The notes under the pieces were generated by a model, which saw nothing but the letters and a program-made list of their open reading frames with translations, had not been told where the DNA came from and made no database searches. Made by a program: the position numbers and the translations under genes. Source: an uncultured Candidatus Rokubacteria bacterium (GTDB lineage Bacteria; Methylomirabilota; Methylomirabilia; Rokubacteriales; DASRDR01). From it: a stretch of DNA of 64,000 bases. Where the stretch lies: NCBI GenBank assembly GCA_963826115.1, contig CAWGVS010000005.1, positions 1,920,001 through 1,984,000 on the forward strand, given 5' to 3'. Positions 59,116 to 64,000 of this stretch are shown piece after piece. Position 1 is the stretch's first letter, and each line of letters starts with the position of its first letter.

Positions 59116-59334
59116 GCGGGCGGTCTCCTCGCGCTCGGCCCGCCGGCAGGCGGGGCGCCGGGAGGCCGTCCGACGTCACGGCCCGCCCCGGCGCGTGCGG
59201 CCGGGCGGGCCTCCCTGCCCGGGACTGTTCGGTGTAGTCTCTAGGCACCCTTTTCGGACCGGGACTGGCGTGCGATCTCGTCCGCGCCGCCCGGCAGCGT
59301 CGTGATCACCGCCCGGTAGCAAGGAGGACAGCGC

Positions 59335-60561
59335 ATGGCCGAGCAGACTCGTCGGGACTTCCTGAAGGCCGCCGCCATCGGAAGCGGGATCGCCGCGGGT
59401 GTCGCCACGGGCCCCTGGGTGCTTCGGGCCCGCGCCCAGGGCGCGCCGCTGAAGGTCGGAGTGGTCCTGCCCTACTCCGGTGTCTACGCCGAGCTCGGCA
59501 ACAGCATCACCCAGGCCATGGAGCTCGTCTTCGCCCGGGAGAACTGGACCGTCGCGGGCCGCAAGATCGAGATGATCAAGGAAGACGACGAGATGGCGGT
59601 GCCGACCGGGCTCCGGAAGACCGAGAAGCTCATCGACTCCGACAAGGTGGACATCCTGACCGGCCCGGTGCACAGCGGAATCCTGATGGCGATGCGCGAC
59701 AAGGTCCACAACTCGAAGACGATCCTGATCGTCTCCAATGCGGGCGCGGACGCCATCAGCCGGAACCGCTGCTCCAAGTGGATCTTCCGCACCTCGTTCT
59801 CCAACTGGCAGCCGTGCCAGCCCATGGGCACCTGGGTGGCGAAGAACCTGACGAAGGAAGTCTTCCAGATCGCCCCGAACTACCAGGCGGGCAAGGACGA
59901 CATGGAGGCCTTCCGCGAGACGTTTCACCCCGCCGGCGGCAAGGTGGTCGGCGAGGAGTACCCGAAGCTCGGCGAAACCGACTACGCGCCGTATCTCACC
60001 AAGATCAAGCAGTCGGGCGCCAAGGCGGTGTTCGCGTTCTTCTCGGGGACCGACGCCGTGAACTTCGTGAAGCAGTACGACGAGTTCGGTCTCAAGCCGG
60101 GCATCAAGCTCACCGCGCCGGGCTTCCTGACCGAGCCCGACGTGCTGCCCGCCCAGGGCAAGGCGGCGCTCGGTGTCATCACCGGCCACTTCTACACGCC
60201 CCAGCTCGACAACCCGGTGAACGTGCGGTTCGTCAAGGAGTTCCGCGACATGTTCAAGGGGAAGACGCCGGACGGCTTCGCCTGCCAGGGTTACGACACC
60301 GCCGAGGTCATCCTGCGCGCGGTCAAGGCCGTGAACGGCAACACCCAGGACAAGGACAAGCTCGTCGCCGCGATCGCCGCGGCCGAGTTCGACAGCCCGC
60401 GCGGCCGGTTCCGCTTCGACCCGAAGACCCACAACGTGATCCAGCCGTTCATCTACATCCGGGAGGTCCGGGAGCTCCCCGGCGTCGGCCTGGCCAACGT
60501 GCCGATCGACAAGGTCGCGGATGTCCGCGACCCCGGCACCGGCTGCACGCTTCCGGCCTGA
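59335..60561 (+). CDS. ABC transporter substrate-binding protein, aromatic-acid (benzoate-like) type, Tat-exported
   Basis: TRRDFLKAAA, LPYSG.YA.LG, GPVHSG, FRTSFSNWQ, SPRG. Confidence 0.88.
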   Translation: MAEQTRRDFLKAAAIGSGIAAGVATGPWVLRARAQGAPLKVGVVLPYSGVYAELGNSITQAMELVFARENWTVAGRKIEMIKEDDEMAVPTGLRKTEKLIDSDKVDILTGPVHSGILMAMRDKVHNSKTILIVSNAGADAISRNRCSKWIFRTSFSNWQPCQPMGTWVAKNLTKEVFQIAPNYQAGKDDMEAFRETFHPAGGKVVGEEYPKLGETDYAPYLTKIKQSGAKAVFAFFSGTDAVNFVKQYDEFGLKPGIKLTAPGFLTEPDVLPAQGKAALGVITGHFYTPQLDNPVNVRFVKEFRDMFKGKTPDGFACQGYDTAEVILRAVKAVNGNTQDKDKLVAAIAAAEFDSPRGRFRFDPKTHNVIQPFIYIREVRELPGVGLANVPIDKVADVRDPGTGCTLPA

Positions 60562-60568
60562 CGAGAGC

Positions 60569-60603
60569 GGCGGGGACCGGGGCCGAGCGCTCCGGTCCCC
60601 GCC
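60569..60603 (+). terminator. Intercistronic stem-loop after the binding-protein gene (mRNA stabiliser or attenuating hairpin)
   Basis: GGCGGGGACCGG-11nt-CCGGTCCCCGCC, a perfect 12-bp inverted repeat. Confidence 0.55.
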
Positions 60604-60622
60604 CCCGTCCCGCCCCGCACCT

Positions 60623-61483
60623 GTGGACATCTTCGGCCAGGCCCTGAACGGGCTGGCGTACGGCGCGCTGCTGTTCCTGCTCTCCGTCGGGCTCACGCTC
60701 ATCTTCGGCATGCTCGACGTCGTCAATCTCGCCCACGGCTCGTTCTACATGCTCGGGGCGTACGCCGGCATCGCGACGCTCGCGGCGACCGGGAACTTCT
60801 GGCTGGCGGCGCTGGTGGCGCCGCTCGCGGTCGGCGTGATCGGCGCGCTCGTCGAGCGGGGGCTCCTCCGGCGCCTCTACCACCGGTCGCCGCTCGACCA
60901 GGTCCTGCTGACCTTCGGCCTCATCTATCTCTTCGAGGACCTCGTGAAGTGGGCGTGGGGCGGCCGGATCCGCTCGATCCCCGCTCCCGAGGTCCTCTCC
61001 GGCCGGGTGCAGCTCGGCGGACTCACGTTCCCGACGTACCGCCTGTTCGTGATCGGCTTCGGGCTCCTCGTGGCCCTCCTGCTCTGGCTCCTGGTCGAGA
61101 AGACGCGCCTCGGCGCCGTCATCCGCGCCGGCGTCTGGGACGCCGAGATGGCAGGAGGCCTCGGAATCGACATCGGGCGCGTCTTCACGCTCGTGTTCGC
61201 GTTCGGGGCGGCGCTTGGCGGCCTGTCCGGCGTCATCGCCGGGCCGATCCAGTCGGCCTACCCGTCGATGGGCGTCAGCATCCTCATCCCCGCCCTCATC
61301 GTGGTCGTCGTGGGCGGCCTCGGCTCGCTCAAGGGCTCGCTGGTGGGGAGCCTCCTGATCGGCCAGGCGGAGACGTTCGGGAAAGTCTGGCTGCCCGGCG
61401 TGTCGATGCTGATGATCTACGCGGTGATGGCGCTCATCGTCCTGGCCCGACCGCAGGGCCTGTTCGGGCGGCCGCTCCGGTGA
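60623..61483 (+). CDS. livH: ABC transporter permease
   Basis: QALNGL..GLTLIFGM..VNLAHG, VVVVGGLGS, RPQGLFG. Confidence 0.9.
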   Translation: MDIFGQALNGLAYGALLFLLSVGLTLIFGMLDVVNLAHGSFYMLGAYAGIATLAATGNFWLAALVAPLAVGVIGALVERGLLRRLYHRSPLDQVLLTFGLIYLFEDLVKWAWGGRIRSIPAPEVLSGRVQLGGLTFPTYRLFVIGFGLLVALLLWLLVEKTRLGAVIRAGVWDAEMAGGLGIDIGRVFTLVFAFGAALGGLSGVIAGPIQSAYPSMGVSILIPALIVVVVGGLGSLKGSLVGSLLIGQAETFGKVWLPGVSMLMIYAVMALIVLARPQGLFGRPLR

Positions 61484-62418
61484 CCCGTCTCGCCGGAGGC
61501 GCGCGCGCCGTCGGCCTCGCCGTCCTGCTCGTGGCCCTGTTCGCCTTCCCCGCCGTCGCGGGCCGTTATCCGGTGAAACTCCTCCAGGAGATCCTGATCT
61601 GGAGCATCTACGCGATGAGCCTCGACCTCCTGATGGGCTACGCGGGGATGGTCTCGTTCGGGCATTCGGCCTTCTTCGGCGTCGGGGGCTACGTGGCGGC
61701 GCTCGCCCTCACCGCGCATCCGGGCGCGGTCGGCGCGCTCCTGCTGCCGCCCGTCGCCGGCGCGCTGGCCGCGCTGGTCATCGGCGCCCTCTCCACCCGC
61801 GTGAGCGGCGTGTACTTCATCATGCTGACGCTCGCGTTCTCCCAGATGTTCTACGCTTACGCGTTCCAGGCGTCGTGGCTCGGGGCCGAGGACGGCATCA
61901 ACGGCGTGCCCCGGCCCGTCCTCTTCGGCGTGCCGACCGGCGAGGGCTTCGCGTTCCACGCGTACGTGGTGACGCTCGCCGCCATCGCCGCGCTCGTCCT
62001 CTGGCGGGTCGTGCGCTCCCCGTTCGGCCGCGTGCTCGTCGGGATCCGGGAGAACGAGGGGCGCATGGAGGCGGTCGGCTACGCCGCCGGGCGCCACAAG
62101 CTCCTGGCCTTCGTCGTGGCGGGGACGCTGGCGGGCCTGGCGGGCTCCCTCTATGCGCAGCTCAGCGGGTCGATCACGCCGGGCGCCTTCTTCTGGACCA
62201 CGTCCGGCGAGGCCCTCCTCATGGTGATCATCGGGGGAACCGGCACGCTGGGCGGGGCGGCCATCGGGGCCGCGGTGTTCATCCTGCTGCAGAGCCTCGT
62301 CTCGACCTACACCGAGCGGTGGATGCTGATCCTCGGACTCACGTTCGTCCTCCTCGTCCTCTTCGCGCCGGGCGGCATCGTGGGCGCGCTCCGCGGGCGC
62401 ATCGGTCTCCGCGCATGA
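61480..62418 (+). CDS. livM: ABC transporter permease
   Basis: SLDLLMGYAG.VSFGH, YFIMLTLAF, SPFG..IRENE.R. Confidence 0.9.
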   Translation: MTRLAGGARAVGLAVLLVALFAFPAVAGRYPVKLLQEILIWSIYAMSLDLLMGYAGMVSFGHSAFFGVGGYVAALALTAHPGAVGALLLPPVAGALAALVIGALSTRVSGVYFIMLTLAFSQMFYAYAFQASWLGAEDGINGVPRPVLFGVPTGEGFAFHAYVVTLAAIAALVLWRVVRSPFGRVLVGIRENEGRMEAVGYAAGRHKLLAFVVAGTLAGLAGSLYAQLSGSITPGAFFWTTSGEALLMVIIGGTGTLGGAAIGAAVFILLQSLVSTYTERWMLILGLTFVLLVLFAPGGIVGALRGRIGLRA

Positions 62419-63164
62419 CCGGACCTCCGATCCTCGCGATCGAGCAGCTCCGGCGGACCTTCGGCGCGCTCGCCGCCGTCAACGGCGTGAGCCTCTCGGT
62501 CGCGCCCCGCGAGCGGCGCGCCATCATCGGGCCCAACGGCGCCGGCAAGACGACGCTGTTCGAGCTGATCACCGGCCGGCTCCAGCCGACGGCGGGACGG
62601 ATCGTCCTCGACGGGGCCGCCATCGAGGGGCTGCCCCCGCACGCGGTCGCGCGCCGGGGGATCTCGCGGTCGTTCCAGCGCACGAACGCGTTCCCGGGGC
62701 TGCCGGTCCACGAGAACCTCCGCCTGGCCGCCGCCGCCCGCGGGCGCGGCAGCTACGACCTGTTCGGCTCGGTCGGCCGCCGCTGGGTGCCGATCGAGCG
62801 CGCGCGATCCGTCGCGGAGGCGGTCGGGCTGACCGATCGCCTCGACGTGCTCGCGGGCGCGCTCTCCTACGGCGAGCAGCGGCAGCTGGAGATCGGGATC
62901 GCGCTCGCCACCCAGCCGAGGGTCCTCCTCCTGGACGAGCCCACCGCGGGCATGTCCCCGGAGGAGACGCTCCGCATGACCGAGCTGCTGAACGGGCTGC
63001 CGCGCGAGCTGACGCTCCTCATCATCGAGCACGACATGGACGTGGTGTTCACGCTCGCCGACCGCGTGACCGTGCTCCACCAGGGAGAGGTCCTCGCCGA
63101 CGGCTCGGCCGACGAGGTCAAGGCCGACCCGCGGGTCTACGAGGTCTACCTCGGAGCCGCCTGA
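62415..63164 (+). CDS. livG: ABC transporter ATP-binding protein
   Basis: GPNGAGKT, LSYGEQRQLE, LLDEPTAG, IEHDM. Confidence 0.9.
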   Translation: MTGPPILAIEQLRRTFGALAAVNGVSLSVAPRERRAIIGPNGAGKTTLFELITGRLQPTAGRIVLDGAAIEGLPPHAVARRGISRSFQRTNAFPGLPVHENLRLAAAARGRGSYDLFGSVGRRWVPIERARSVAEAVGLTDRLDVLAGALSYGEQRQLEIGIALATQPRVLLLDEPTAGMSPEETLRMTELLNGLPRELTLLIIEHDMDVVFTLADRVTVLHQGEVLADGSADEVKADPRVYEVYLGAA

Positions 63165-63177
63165 GGACGCGACGCGC

Positions 63178-63867
63178 GTGCTTGACGTCGAGGGCATCCA
63201 CACCTACTACGGCGAGAGCCACGTTCTCCACGGCGTGTCGCTGCGGGTCGCGGAGGGCGAGGCCGTGGCCCTCCTCGGGCGGAACGGCGCCGGCAAGACG
63301 ACGCTGATCCGCAGCGTCGTGGGCTTCACGCCGCCCCGGGACGGCCGGATCGTCCTGGACGGCCAGCCGGTCCAGCGCTGGCCGTCCCACCGGATCGCGC
63401 GGGCCGGGATCGCCCTCGTCCCGCAGGGCCGGCGCATCTTCGCCCCCCTCTCGGTGCGCGAGAACCTCGTCCTCGCGGCCCGGCCCGGCGCCTTCACGCT
63501 GGAGCGCGTGCTCGACCTGTTCCCGCGCCTCCGAGAGCGCGAGTCGCAGTCGGGCGGCACGCTCTCCGGCGGCGAGCAGCAGATGCTGGCCGTCGGGCGC
63601 GCGCTCCTCACGAACGGACACATGCTCCTGCTCGACGAGCCCTCGGAGGGCCTCGCCCCGCTCGTCGTCCGGGAGATCGGCCGCATCGTCCAGCGCCTGA
63701 AGGGCGACCGCCTGTCCATCCTGCTGGTCGAGCAGAACTACCGGCTGGCGACCGAGATCGCGGATCGCGTCTACGTGATGAACAAGGGACAGATCGTGTG
63801 GGAGGGAACGCCGGCCTCGCTCGAGGCCAGCGAGGACGTCAAGCGCCGCTATCTGGGCGTGGCGTAG
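63178..63867 (+). CDS. livF: ABC transporter ATP-binding protein
   Basis: GRNGAGKT, LSGGEQQM, LLDEPSEGLAP, VEQN. Confidence 0.9.
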   Translation: MLDVEGIHTYYGESHVLHGVSLRVAEGEAVALLGRNGAGKTTLIRSVVGFTPPRDGRIVLDGQPVQRWPSHRIARAGIALVPQGRRIFAPLSVRENLVLAARPGAFTLERVLDLFPRLRERESQSGGTLSGGEQQMLAVGRALLTNGHMLLLDEPSEGLAPLVVREIGRIVQRLKGDRLSILLVEQNYRLATEIADRVYVMNKGQIVWEGTPASLEASEDVKRRYLGVA

Positions 63868-64000
63868 CGCCTTCCGCGGCGCCGCGCCGGCGCCGCCAGC
63901 CCAGGACCCCGCCGGCCGCGAGCGCGAGCGCCGTTCCCCCCGTGATGGCGAGCGCCAGCCAGAATGCGGGCTGCCCGTACCGGAACTCGACCACGTGGCG
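63839..64000 (-). CDS. C-terminus of a YfhO-like membrane protein (partial)
   Basis: Manual translation RHVVEFRYGQPAFWLALAITGGTALALAAGGVLGWRRRR..stop at 63839; H.V.F.Y followed by a TM helix is typical of YfhO C-termini. Confidence 0.6.
   Translation of the reverse strand, partial: RHVVEFRYGQPAFWLALAITGGTALALAAGGVLGWRRRRGAAEGATPRPDSGA

Noticed and set aside
1-64000. tRNA, rRNA, CRISPR array, riboswitch, prophage or transposase
   Set aside because: None recognisable by eye; intergenic gaps are short. A tRNAscan/Infernal run is needed to exclude small RNAs formally.

Overview
A very GC-rich, gene-dense bacterial window with about 60 CDS. I found no rRNA, tRNA, CRISPR array or mobile element. 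The gene content is reminiscent of Rokubacteria/Methylomirabilota, but that is inference only. Left half (minus strand): a long co-oriented catabolic region with two solute-binding proteins, a liv-type ABC transporter, GntR, a three-subunit xanthine-dehydrogenase-family molybdoenzyme, a CaiB CoA-transferase, a split B12-dependent acyl-CoA mutase, DUF35 plus thiolase, FabG-like SDR, MaoC hydratase and acyl-CoA dehydrogenase. Modification genes (methyltransferases, glycosyl/acyltransferases, JmjC, ankyrin-NUDIX) are interleaved through it. Centre: trpB2 immediately downstream of an SbnI/SerK-like ParB-fold protein, which is the best candidate for an undescribed system (a serine kinase supplying O-phosphoserine to TrpB2). 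The centre also has a desulfinase-like acyl-CoA dehydrogenase homolog and two tandem GT-C glycosyltransferases sharing a ~504-bp identical tract. Right half: an abm-like aerobic 2-aminobenzoyl/salicylyl-CoA degradation cluster and an aromatic-acid ABC transporter. Three clear single-base frameshifts and one probable one, all in G/C runs, are probably sequence errors. All family assignments come from motifs recognised by eye, not from database searches.
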